The position numbers and the translations under genes were made by a program. The notes below the pieces were generated by a model that saw only the letters and a list, made by a program, of their open reading frames with translations, did not search any database and was not told the DNA's origin. A stretch of 64,000 bases of DNA from Styela clava (lineage: Eukaryota), in contig NC_135258.1 in the NCBI RefSeq assembly GCF_964204865.1, positions 13,206,001 to 13,270,000 on the forward strand. The letters are read 5' to 3'. Positions 40,267 through 60,342 of this stretch are shown one piece after another (the first letter of the stretch is position 1; every line of letters starts with the position of its first letter).

Positions 40267-43200
40267 TCAAAGTTTGGCGAAATGTCTTGTTTCGTGAACA
40301 ACTAATTTGGGTGTTGTCTGTAACTCTTTTATTGACTTCACTCCTGGAATGAATAAAAAAATATTTAAAAAAAATTTTTGCCCTAAAAACTTATTTGAAG
40401 CAAGTCGCTTTATTGTCCTTTGTCTATACCCAAATAAAATTACAAACTGAATGTATGCAGTCCATTTATTTGGCTGTGAATCGCAATACTTTCAAACCAG
40501 TACTGCGATGACAATTGAATCAAATTCGTGTTAAGATTAAATCGTCAAAAAATACTTTTCACGTATAAATATGATTTATTTTTGAAAGTGTCGGAAGAAG
40601 GTAAAAGCATTATAAAAAATTTATTCGTTATTAATCATAATATAAAAAATATTATGAATTTACCTATGAACTGCATAGTTTTAACAAGTTCTTCTCTCAG
40701 TATTTCTAAAACATTCTTCACCCCTTCTTGGCCCTGAAATGTTTGCATAATTTCGGACAAAATTTGCAATAAATCGAAAACTATGCTACACAATTAAAAT
40801 TCCACTCTTAAAAAATGAACTCTTTTGAATTGGATAGAATAGTCATGTTTATTCCAGCTATAGCATCCTTGCAGTATACGCATACGGATCCGCTAGCATA
40901 TAAGGCATAAAGAAAAGATAGGAAGTTAGTCTCGAGCGACCCAACTCAAATTTATAATTTATATCGAAAACTAGTTTTGATTAATTAACCGACAAAGATA
41001 TTGAGAATGGATCAAGATCTTAAGGAAGAAAACTCTAATTTAATAGGTCTGATAAAAATTCAAATTTTTTTTTTTTATAATATGCTATATATATATATAT
41101 TTATAATGGTCTCTTGTTCTGGAAATAGGTGTAACATACATCTCATAAAATGCTATTAGTTATACATCAGTAATATTCTGCTTTTTTAATATAAAAATTA
41201 ATACCTTGCATGCTAATCCCCAAAGTATAGGTCTTCCGACAAAGACAGCTTTGGCTCCGAGCGCTATTGCTTTGGCTATATCAGTTCCTTTACGTATCCC
41301 ACCATCTAGGTAAACATCGCATCTGCCGTTCACGGCTTTCACAACTTCTGGTAAAGCGTCGATCTGCGAAACAACCATCCATAATTTGTATTTGAACAGG
41401 AGACCAGGTATCAAATACACGAACACGAAAGTCGCGCACCGTTACCGATAAGGCTTTTGCTGAGTACCGACTTCGCTAAAACGATCGCGACAAGCGTGGC
41501 ACAATAACAGGCGTGCTACCATACGTACTGGAAAGTTTTGTCATGAATTAAAATTCAGAGGACATGTGGAAATAAATAATATTCCAAAGCCAATGGCCTA
41601 GAGGTCGCGGTTAACAGATATTTTTCCCAACAAGAATTAATTACCAAGAGTATTTTTTGAAGCATTTTGTGTCGTTTAATTAAATTTTATGAAATCATGT
41701 GGTACACTCCTAAGCTTAAATGCAAACGCAATTAAAAATTATCAGTGCAAAATATGAATTCCCAATTGCATAGCGATAAAGTATGTTGGACTGAATGGGT
41801 ATATATATATATATATCTTTTTGGACCTCCAGAAGTATGTGCACCAAGATGGCGCACAACCTGAAAATAGTAGTTGTACCAGGTTAGGGTTCAGGCTGTG
41901 CGCCATCTTGGTGCACATACTATTGGAGCGCCCTCTTTTTTTCTACAAATTTTTCGATGTATATATTTTTAATATCCGTTTCATTTTCTGCACGAGTGAT
42001 AAGGTGGTTTGTTAGGATATATTTAAAGATCTTAAAGATGACAATTGCTTACTGTTGCAAAAGAACCATCATATAATCTTCCACCATGGTTTGACACAAT
42101 AATTCCGTCAACTTGATGATCGATCGCTTCCAAAGCCATTTCCTCTGTAAAGCAATCAATTTTATTACACTACGCTGTTAAAATAATTGCAATTTTTAAG
42201 CCATTCAACCTGTAACTTCTGGACATTAAAAAATCACCATTTTTTCATTGGTAATATACATGTGTATCTCAGGATTTCATAGTGTAATCGATATAATGAA
42301 GTGAAAACAACATTTTATTATCTCGGGGCAGACACAGCGAGATTTATAAATTGTACATAGTTAATATGGAATATGCATATGATATGACACCGCAGTATCT
42401 TGACTGTAAGGCTATAGCGATATACCGATGCTGCGAAGCATGATTTGGGGATGGATGGTTGCGTTGGATCATTATACTGTTATGAACCGATTGATCATAG
42501 TATGTGATAAATACGCGGCAAAACGGTCATATTCCTCCATCGTTTGCAATCTATTATAGAGTATACGACAGTTCATATTTACTTTACAATTATTTATTAC
42601 CTAAAATAATTCGATTGCACCAAGCCACCAACTTTACAATACAGTACATGGAGATGGCAAAATATCGACTGTAGTCAATCGCGCTTGACTACAATCATTC
42701 CAATTGATTGGCATATTATTTTGACATTGTCTTGGTTTATTGATAGTGAAATACACAATTGCAGTCGTGTTTTAATTTGAACCAACAAACAGCATACCAG
42801 TTAATATGCCTTTGACGACTATAGGTAACTGGGTTATACTCTTCAACCAGTCTATTTCCTCCCAATGAGATGTGCCGTCTAAATAATCGTTGAACACCTC
42901 ATTGGCTGGTTTGTTGGGTTCCCAGAATTTGATTGAATCTCCTATATTTTTACTCCTGTAATTAAAAATAGTACAATATCATTTGAAAGCTGAATTTATG
43001 TTTTGGAGGTGCTTTATAAAACTGTTTTACTGCCAACTATATATCGTCTACGATTACATTCAGATTCACGAATAACTAGGCATTTGAAAATTTCAATTCA
43101 ATTCAATTTGGTATATTTTATTTCCATTTCAAATGAAATATGAAGGTTATAAAAATTAATGTCATTTATCACCGCAATTATTTATTTTAAAAATCTAAAA

Positions 43201-45025
43201 ATTAACCTACGCAAGCGTAGTGCTAAAGTTGTATCCATTCCCATTTGAGTATCTGTAATGTCGTTTTACTAGAACGTTTTCATCAATAGTGACGATGAAT
43301 CCCGTGAATCCATGTCTCTCAGCTCGTCTCACGTAATGCTTTGTCATTTCTCGATTCTAAATCAAACTCAGAAAAATAATTATTTTGTAGAATTTTACTC
43401 GAATTCCAATACTAGCAAAACGGAATAAAACTGCAACTTCACAGCCCTCATTATTACTTACCTGGCAGATTCCAGTTGTTGCTTTGCATCAAATGAGAAA
43501 CTGTACAACTTCTCTATACAAGTCAGCTTTTTCATGAAAACACGTGTTGGTAGTGAATTCCTCGCTACATACCTGAGGATCTTGGAAAGAAGCTTTTAAA
43601 GTAAAATCATACTTACTCTAACAACCTGGATGTGACACCATCTGATGCAATTTGGCACCTCTATTGCTATTTCTTCCATTGTTTTATTGCTCCATAAACT
43701 CAATGTCATACCTACACCCAGAGAATCAGCAGCTGAAAAAATTTCAAAACACTCTGTTAGTACAACAAGAGAGTTACAAAAATACCTTTACACGAAGGTA
43801 ATGTTCAGAATAAAACGACAAGAATATTTGCCAAAAAAGTAAAAGCATAGCTGGTAACATAAAGTAATAGCTGGAAGGGAAAGACTGCATCTCCAACAAA
43901 TGAAAATTCAAAAGCGATTGGTCCAGTAGGCGGAGAGAACAACGTCAACGAGTTAGGTTTCATGTCCAACAGAACAGTTCAACAAATAGAGACACATAGT
44001 TCCACTTCGTGTAAGAAAATTGAAAAATGAAAGAAACGGTACTCTCGGATTTCATTTAAAAGCTTTAAAATATTTTACAGCATGTTTTTTAATACTCCCG
44101 AAGTATGTGAACCAAAATGGCGGCCACCGGAACGTAGTATGTGTACCAGGTTAGGGTTAGGCCATAATTTTATTCCAATTTTCCTTATTTTAGTTCTATT
44201 ACGAGTTTGGGGACTAGCCAAGTGACTCCCGTATAGTATCTGTACTTGAAATTATGGCCCAACCCTAACCTGGTACACATACTACGTCCCGGTGTCCATC
44301 TTGGTTCACATACTTCGGGAGTACCAAAAAAACATGCTGTAAAGTAAAATATTTTAAAACTTTTAACAACTATACCTTTAGCTGTGGATATTTCACCATC
44401 TGGTGTACATAAGCCATGATATGCTGATGGTGCGATGCAAATTGGGAAAGATATTTTCGAACCCAGAATCGTCGTTGAAATATCAACATTTGCTACATTT
44501 CGTAATATTCGAGGCCGGAATCGCCACCTGTGTAATATTATATATTGAAATATTTTCGTTTTTTCATCAATCAAATTTATTCTGACATGCACAATCATAT
44601 TATCGGACATTTTGTTGTATAGATGTATCAACAATGAGGTGATGAAATGTGTGTTCGAAATACTCCAACTTAAGGAAAATCCGTCTAGTTTGGGAATCCT
44701 AATAATATTTTAAATGGCAGTATTTCATGTAACGACATTCGCTAGATGTATAAAGTAATTGACCTTCGTTACCTGCGAACGTTAGTACAGATTCTATATT
44801 GATATAGCTCATTTTACAGCAACTTGAATGAGTACTTTTGTTGTTGTCTGTTATGCATGCTGTCGTCCCTGCAAATATATTACTTTACCTTTTATAAGCT
44901 TGGCAATTTTCTGTCAACGTTTCTTCGCCTACTGAACCAGCGGCATAATAACCCCAATCGTGTTGGGACAACTTTGCCTTGGATTCTTTTTCGTAATCGG
45001 CCACACAATATAACAATTTATCCAT
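40267..45025 (-). CDS. FMN-dependent (S)-2-hydroxy-acid oxidase (HAO1/HAO2-like), peroxisomal
   Basis: Nine exons: 45025-44889, 44527-44376, 43732-43617, 43356-43211, 42955-42798, 42144-42053, 41363-41205, 40733-40664, 40343-40267. Motifs [48 protein letters not shown]; C-terminal PTS1 AKL. Confidence 0.92.
41823..41933. mobile_element. Foldback MITE, family copy 3
   Basis: Arms AGTATGTGCACCAAGATGGCGCACA and TGTGCGCCATCTTGGTGCACATACT; internal GGTTAGGGTT. Confidence 0.85.
44056..44366. mobile_element. Longer foldback element related to the same MITE family
   Basis: Core arms TACTCCCGAAGTATGTGAACCAA...GTACCAGGTTAGGGTT (44093-44170) are mirrored at ~44260-44325. The inversion extends ~37 bp further into the AT-rich flanks. 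Confidence 0.85.
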
Positions 45026-45718
45026 TTAAACTAAGAGTAAAGAACGTTTATTATCGTGGCACTGTGCAAAAAAAAATGGGTTGTATAAATGTTCATGTTT
45101 TGAGACAAGACGGTTAGAACAAAGCACGAAAATATGCGATATGAGAATTTCACGGGAAAACGCTTTAGCAGTTAACCGGCCAACAGTTAACCAAATCAAC
45201 TGCGATCAGGAGCTATTAGCTCGATCAGTTCCGTACGATATTATACGCGTTTATCAACAGAGTGTATTCAAAACAACTGGAAATATTAATTTATCGATTC
45301 AAAGCGTTCATCACTGCTTTCCGAAAATGTCGATATGCTAAATTATATTTCTGCGACAAAATGCGCACTTGTTGAATGACATTGGATAGACGCTCCTGCA
45401 ATAAAATCGTGAACAATATATTCTGACCAGAAACTGTTTGAACTTATTATTGTCAATTTTTCATAATCAGCAACACTACTACCTCAATTATTTCTGACAT
45501 TCTTTGGTGCTTACCGATACAGTCGGGGATATTATTTTGAATTAAACGCCACAGAAGATAAATTTGCGATGAAGTAATCATCTTTGGAGAAATGTAACCT
45601 TTCCTAGTCTTCGTATATATATATATATATATATGCGTTTGCACGGCAATTTAAATCAGTCGGTTTCACAAAAAAGTAGCATTTGAATTTTTTTTTTTAA
45701 CTGAAAGGCATACTGAAT

Positions 45719-45968
45719 AAAACAAGAGAGCTATGCTCAAATATATGGACACGTAGCGCCCCCTAAGGGCAATAATTCTGATGACGTCATTGCAGAAAAA
45801 AAAAGTAATAGCCTTCTGAAGAAAATTTTTATCTTCAACCACTGAAAATTTCAAAGCAATTGGTTCAGTAATCAAAGAGAAAAGCGACTTTTTGAAAACG
45901 TGTCAAAGAACAAGAACAACAACAACATAATATTGAAACGATCGCTATGTCCACTACGTGTCCAATAA
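45719..45968 (-). mobile_element. Helentron-associated (HINE/DINE-1-like) non-autonomous element
   Basis: 11-bp subterminal inverted repeats TGGACACGTAG (45746-45756) and CTACGTGTCCA (45954-45964). Internal (TTG)n microsatellite; terminal hairpin GAGC-ATA-GCTC followed by CTTGTTTT; T-rich insertion site with no TSD. Confidence 0.65.
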
Positions 45969-46870
45969 CTCACAATTTCCGAAGCGTTCCCTTTTGCCGG
46001 TTTCCTTTGCTATCTAAATAGCAGACTATCATAACACGTTATCAAATCTAGAAGTCCGGTATCAGATGTATACGCCCTGGCAAAAATGCAACGCCTCGGC
46101 GTTGTGACAGGTTACATCCAACTGCAAAATCATTCATAGGAAATACTTACAAATCAATTTGTGCGGTATTAGCTCGGCAGAGTGAAATATCTTGAATACT
46201 TGCGTCTATGGCTTTGTAAGAATCAACGGATTGGCATTGCTTACTTTGAAAGTATTATATATTTCTTTGGGGTGGGGATTTTTCTACTAATACATACAAA
46301 ATTCGCGTCTCTTCTGCTCATCCATACACAGCACTTGGAGTTAAGTGTTACCCTGACCTGACCTGCTAAATTAAATAATCTTCTCTCATTGATCGCTTAT
46401 ATATATATATATATATAATACGGGCGTCATGGGTAAATCCTATTGTATGGAGTGTGGAAAAGTGCCACGCATTCAAGAATAAACTCTCGATCTCGCCAGT
46501 GATTCCATCAGCACCCATTTAGTTGTGACGATAAAAGTAGATTCGTAGAGTTTTCAAAATTCACTGCCAGACAGGCTATACCCTGCAGTCTGCACGCCAG
46601 ACTGAACTTTACTGCCGCCATCTTTATTACTGTTGCATATATTTAAACAGGGGTGTGGGATCTGTGGGTAGTTGCGTTTCCCATAAAACCCTTCATTTTT
46701 ATTCATTTCGATTCTGCTTCCGTCGAGGTAGGGTAGATGTTTGTATTTCAATTGCTGTCGATTTATTTATCGTCGTGGGCTTCAGAGTATAATAAGCTAC
46801 GAAGAGACAGTTTGGTAAATACCGGTATTCGGTAGAAACAGATTTAAGTATTAGGCATATAGACAAAATT

Positions 46871-54662
<7,792 letters not shown>

Positions 54663-57600
54663 ATCTATGTTGCAATTGCAATGGAAAATTTTGTACTTTC
54701 AAGCAGAAATATGGATTGGATAGTTTCAGAATTTCATATTTTTCCCAGGGAAAGGAAAGCTGATAAGAATGTTTAATTATCATATGGTGGGCCACAGGGT
54801 TTATCCTGTTGCCTCTCCAGATCCGGTATTGAAATAGTTGCTTGTTCCATGGACTTGAATGGCGGACGAATTCAATATTTGAAAGCAGTTAGTTACATGA
54901 ACCTCAACTTTACAGTGTTAGCTAATGGATTTTTAATTTTATTTTCCCATCATGTTTTTCATATCCTTTGTTGTCAATTTTTGTTCCCTATTATTAATAA
55001 AAATGGTTAAAGTGATCTCTTGAAATTCGCTGACCAGGCGGATCACGTTCAGGTGACAAATAGTATGTATTTTATCTTCAAAAACAAGATGGCGGCTATT
55101 GAAAAATCTGAGCTAGGCGAATAGAAAGTACCATATATGTTCAGCGCTCGTCCTTCAATTGTTTGGCAAGACCGACTTCGGCTTGAAGGTGAACGTCGTA
55201 TTTTTAACTCCCAACGATGGTAACTTTTCACGAAAGTGCGCTACGGAAACCGTAAGTGTTTTCAAATACATATAAGCAACATACAATTGCTCCGGGAGAT
55301 TTGACTCCATTAACTTCTGACGTTCAGTAATGAATTTGTGAGATCTTCATCGTACGGCTTTGCGGCGCCGCCGTCTTCCGTCTGTTTACTAAGACTTGGT
55401 CGGGTACCCCAATAGTAGTTATTCGAAATATAGTAGTACTCATTCGAAAACTCAATAGTGCACATAAATGTTAGACGGGATGACTGTCGCGCGTTGATTC
55501 TTATTGGGTTGATGGCGGTGTGTGTCGACGGAAAACAATGTGATATTATTCCCAGGTAAAATGGGAAATTGACGAAACGTAAAAATAGTTTAAAAATATA
55601 TGCGATTACCATATTCAAATATTTAACAGAATCAGCCCGTAAATCCATGCTCAACAACACCATCAAATAAAGATAGTAAACCCAAGGAGGTATTGCTCAA
55701 GCATAGGATTATTTATATTTATCCCGAAAAAGAAAGAAATCTACCACCGGATTTCAACCACCATAGTATTCCAATATTTTTTGTATGGTCCAGCTAGATG
55801 TCTGAAGTAGGTTATATGGCCCACCGACAAAAATGTTGCACAACCCTGGTTTAGCACAATTTTTCTGGGACGTCCAATCGACTCCAATGGCCCATTGAGA
55901 ACAGGTAAATTTACTTTATCCGACCAGATCCCACTTAGACCTAACTGGAAACTCGAGAGTGATCGTGATTTTTCAATTAATTGATTGTCTTATCATCGAC
56001 TCTTTTCACTTCGAGGTAAAATGGAAATTTTATTTTATGCGCCATCTCGTATCTAACGAATGTATGAAAACAATATTTCCAGTAAGTTGTGTCCAATTAT
56101 GCGGTACGCGAGATGTCGCTCAAGAACAATGCCAATAGGCCATAACATTGTAATCAGCTGATTGTGTCCTGCCTTTTATGACGTTGCAATCCCGGTGTCT
56201 AGCTCTCAGCTCGGTAAACAATATCGCACAGTAAGCGTGGGTGTTGCGAGTGCGCGGTCTTGCATTGCTCGCTGCCTTCTAACCTGGCAATGAAGTTGTA
56301 AATATGTATGTTCTCGCTCTTTAGAAGTATTTCTCTAATACTAATTTAGAGATCCAACAACTGTGCGCGTATTGATTTTTTGACTTATTTGGTATTGATT
56401 GGATTGTAACAACTTTTTCGTCGTCAATCTTATAATGTCTCGAAATGACCTTCATTTACGCAAAGGTCGACCTTTATTAGACAGCGTGCATCTGTTTTTA
56501 ACTGAATGCACAGGTATAATATAAGCTCGTTAGTGATGTTACACCTTTGTATCTGGTGAAATGTTGGTCTGTTGAGATCGTTAAGAATTAGACATGACAA
56601 ATTTCCTGTGAATCAGAATTGACCGGCACAGAAAGGGTTAATATCAGGTCAGCTGACGAAAAAATAAGCATAAGAAAAAGGCTTACCGACGATGACCAGT
56701 CATATTGATCCACTTCAGATGTTAAATGTAATTTCCGAGGGGCGATGTGAATGACTGTTGCGTTGTTACTTTAAAGAAGACTGAAAGGTGGTCGTAGTGC
56801 TTTATGCATCGGCGATATGGTGGTCGTATTGGTTAATGCATCAGCGATATCAGTTATCTGGTTATAGAGATGAATTTTGTGTGGGGGTTGGCACCAATTT
56901 TTCTATATATACTTATATCAATAAGTGAAAGCTCCATTAGTTGAAAAATTCATAAATACGGGTGTAGAGAAGGCATTGAGTTATTTTTGTTGTGGGAAAT
57001 TCTGTATATACTTAGTTGCTTGCACAGTTGGAAATTATGAAGCACTAGCAGATAGTTTGATCATTCAGATGAACTAGTAACACTATTTTATGTTCACTGT
57101 TAAATGAAATAAAGTCAATGGTGCAGTAAAATTTTGTGTTGTTGATTAAACTAAAATACAATTAGAAAAACATACCTATCTGGGTCACATTTTGAGCATG
57201 AAGTTATGACAAATTATTATTTTTTATTTCATTAAGACACTTAGTATCAAGTGACTTGGTCATTGTAAAATCAATCTTATAAAGAGTACATATTTTTGTG
57301 TGCAAATGCATTTGAAGCTTCACACTATGTTGAAATTTATAGCTTCAAAAAAGGATATTTATATATGACAAAGCCAGTAGAGAACAACAGCAATATTAAA
57401 CGTATTTCACTGGTTGTAAGGGCATCTTAAACTTTTAAACTCTTTAATGTTGACTATGTTCTCGCTACTCGCTAAATATGTAAATCCTATCCTATTCTAG
57501 GTGAATTGGCACTGACACATTTTCTACTCAATTTCCTATTATGCCAGTGGATATATGACAGATACATTTAGAAATTCGATATAAAGAGCAAACTTAAAAC

Positions 57601-57860
57601 ATATGTAAAGTGTATCTGAATAAATGAGTTTCAACATACTTGATTTTCTCGTTAATAGGAAGGGGTCATTGTTATTATCCTCTCATATTTCATGTATTTT
57701 ATAGCCTTATCTACGCTAAAATATTGCTATAAATATTTAAAAGATTTTCAACATAAAATATTTTTGCACAAAGATATAGACAAGTGAAGGGTTGCTGTAA
57801 ACAAAAGAATTGTAGAACTTGTATGAATGTAGATCTGGTTATTGTAGCTTCCAACATAAG

Positions 57861-60342
57861 ATGGCTACGATGAGTGATTCTGCATTCACACCTTTGTTCC
57901 CGAACGGCAAAAGTCAGGCCATTTTTGCACCAAATGGTGGAAAAGGTATGGATCTTGCCCACCAACAAAAAATCATGCAGCAACTGCAGTTACAAAAACA
58001 ACAACAGATGATGGCCAATTTCCATTTGCAAGCTATGACGAATCCTCCTGTGCATGTTAGTGCAAGTATGAATGGCACTTCAACTCCCGGAACTACATCA
58101 CCACAATCAGCCCAGATTGGAAATTTTTCACCGGTTAGTGAGTGCAATACAGAAAGTACTGGTCCTGTCAGTTCTGCAACCAGTCCTATCAATTTCAGCA
58201 GTTCGATTTCTGGAACATCTAGCTTGAATACAAGCTTATCAAGTGCGGAGATAAGTGCAATGAATGGACATGAATCTGGTGATTCTCTCATTGTTCCAAA
58301 CAACAAGTTGGTTGGCAATACTGAGGTGAGTGCAGTGAGTCCTGTTCCGATGGTCAACCTTGGTGTGACCGTCACTGCCCCGTCAACTATTGATGGTCAA
58401 GTGGATACTGGTGTAGGATTGACCTCAAATGCTGAAAACGATCTCAATATGGCTTTGAATAGTGCGAATGGTATTACTTCATTTGAACAATTGCAACAAA
58501 TGGGGTTGACATCGAATGCTAATGCTTTGGATATGCTACAACAAGCAAATGCCGCTGGTTCTGCTCATCTCGGCCTCAATGGTGTTCCTGAAAATCCCAC
58601 TTCTTCGCCAAGCGCTAGTATTCCAAACATGAGTTCAATATGGTCAAATCCAGCTGGCCTTCCTCTTGACGACCAAGGTTTGTTATCCGAACAAGCCATT
58701 TACCAAGTTTTACAAGCTCAACAACAACAACAACAACAGCAATTGGCTGCCTGGGCTAATCAACAAAATGCAGCTTTGAATGGTCTTGCCGGTGGACAGG
58801 GAATTCCAAATTTATCTTCAGCTGGAATATTTAATACTGGTGGATTGCCAACGACTAATGCCGCACAACAACAAGCTCAATTGCAGGCTCTCCAACAACA
58901 GCTTGCAATGCGTAGAAATCAGAATATGCTCAACCAAGCAATGCATACTGGATTGCATAGATCTACTTCCTTGCAACAAGGTGATTTGAATGCATTTTAT
59001 ATTGCATCGTTACTATTTTTTTTCTGATTAACATAATTTGAAATGAATTGAAATGGTAAAATATTGCATCGTTAAATATCATTGTTCAGCAAATACCGCT
59101 CTGGCGGGTGGTTCATCAAGTGTTGGGAATAATCTTGTCATTGCACCTCTGATAATCCTGCGTAGGTTTGCAGATTTGAATTCTGTGGGGCATAATTATG
59201 TGGGTGCTGGACTCCTCACTGCCATAAGGTGGTTCACATAATCGCTAGTGAGTTCTGGCTTTCTCTACTATGAAGTCCATCCATCTGACACAAATCCCAT
59301 ATCTGACATGGACTGGTAACCTGGCAAGAGGTATTTGTACATGGCACACCGCTTGATTAAACAGTCTTATCAGCTTTCCCTTCCCATGTGAAAAAATGAT
59401 ATCTTATTCAGTGCAGCGTTGTGGTCTTTGCGGTCAGCGGCCTTTCTACCATTGAAGATGGTTTGTTTTGAAATTATCAGAATTGTGTTTTTTTGTATTG
59501 TTGTGTTTGTTACGAGTAAACCATTTAATTAAGGATCAATGGGAATGCCTAAAGGGCCAGGTTATTCTTCATGGAGCAGTGGACAAGCCAATCTTGCCAA
59601 CAATATGTATAACAATGCTGCTGTCCGTAACAATTCAACTTTGTTCAATTCTCTCAGCCACAGCAATAGGTTTGTCGTTTGTATTTTATTTTGGCATTGT
59701 TTGATGCACTTGTCAGGTTAATGATAATTTCAGAATTATTACTAATTCTTGCTTGGCATTGTTGCTAGCAAAAATGGAACCAGTATTAACTGAACTCAGT
59801 AACGTCTGAGCTTAGCTTATCATTATGATTGCTCTTATAAATTAAACTTTGAGATTTTATTTAACAAGATATTGAAGTTTCTCTTCATTTGAATCAAATT
59901 TGTAAGTACAATCGGCCAAACCAAATCAAGTTTTGTCGCTTCAAAGTGATGGTAGTTTTGGTATATTTCAAGCATTCATATTTCATCCCATTACTCTTTC
60001 TCCTATTTTGAAATTCCCAAGTACATTTGTGCACAAAATATTATAGTTGTATAAGGTCATTGCAATTTTTATTTACCAAATTTTCATTTAGCCTTAAACA
60101 CTTTCTGTTTTTCTTTCAGCCCGAGTGGTAGAGTCACCACGTATAATGGTGTTCCCAACAGCAGGAAACCGCCAATGGGAAATCATGTGATCGCTCCTCC
60201 AAAGTTCAATCGTAGTTTTTCTACTCCCACCAAATATAATGGCTTCAGCGGCTCTCAAGTGCCACCACTGACATCCATTGATGATAACCCATTTTTTAAA
60301 CTTACCGGAGAAGAACCATCACCAGCTAACAACTTGTTATCG
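57861..60342 (+). CDS. CPEB2/3/4 (Orb2-like) cytoplasmic polyadenylation element-binding protein, N-terminal exons; RRMs presumably lie beyond the window
   Basis: Phase-consistent exons 57861-58980, 59534-59669 and 60120-60342. RKPPMGNHVIAPPKFNRS...IDDNPF...NNLLS resembles the recalled CPEB2/3 segment KKPFSGNVIAPPKFTRS...EDNVF...NTLLP. Long Q/N/S-rich first exon. Confidence 0.7.
59103..59408 (+). mobile_element. Degenerate copy of the tRNA-derived SINE in CPEB intron 1
   Basis: Colinear with the reverse complement of 4261-4598 (GCACCTCT, GCTGGACT, GGTGGTTCAC, AAGTCCAT, ATCCCATA, TGGTAACC, GTCTTATCAGCTTTCC). Confidence 0.75.

Noticed and set aside
43462-43500. Possible 39-nt poison exon in HAO intron 3 (strong CAG|GTAAGT donor, in-frame TGA)
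   Set aside because: The acceptor lacks a pyrimidine tract and there is no other support.
57914-58375. 153-aa antisense ORF, and similar antisense ORFs over the L1, GK5 and HELQ exons
   Set aside because: Shadow frames of real coding sequence with no independent signals.
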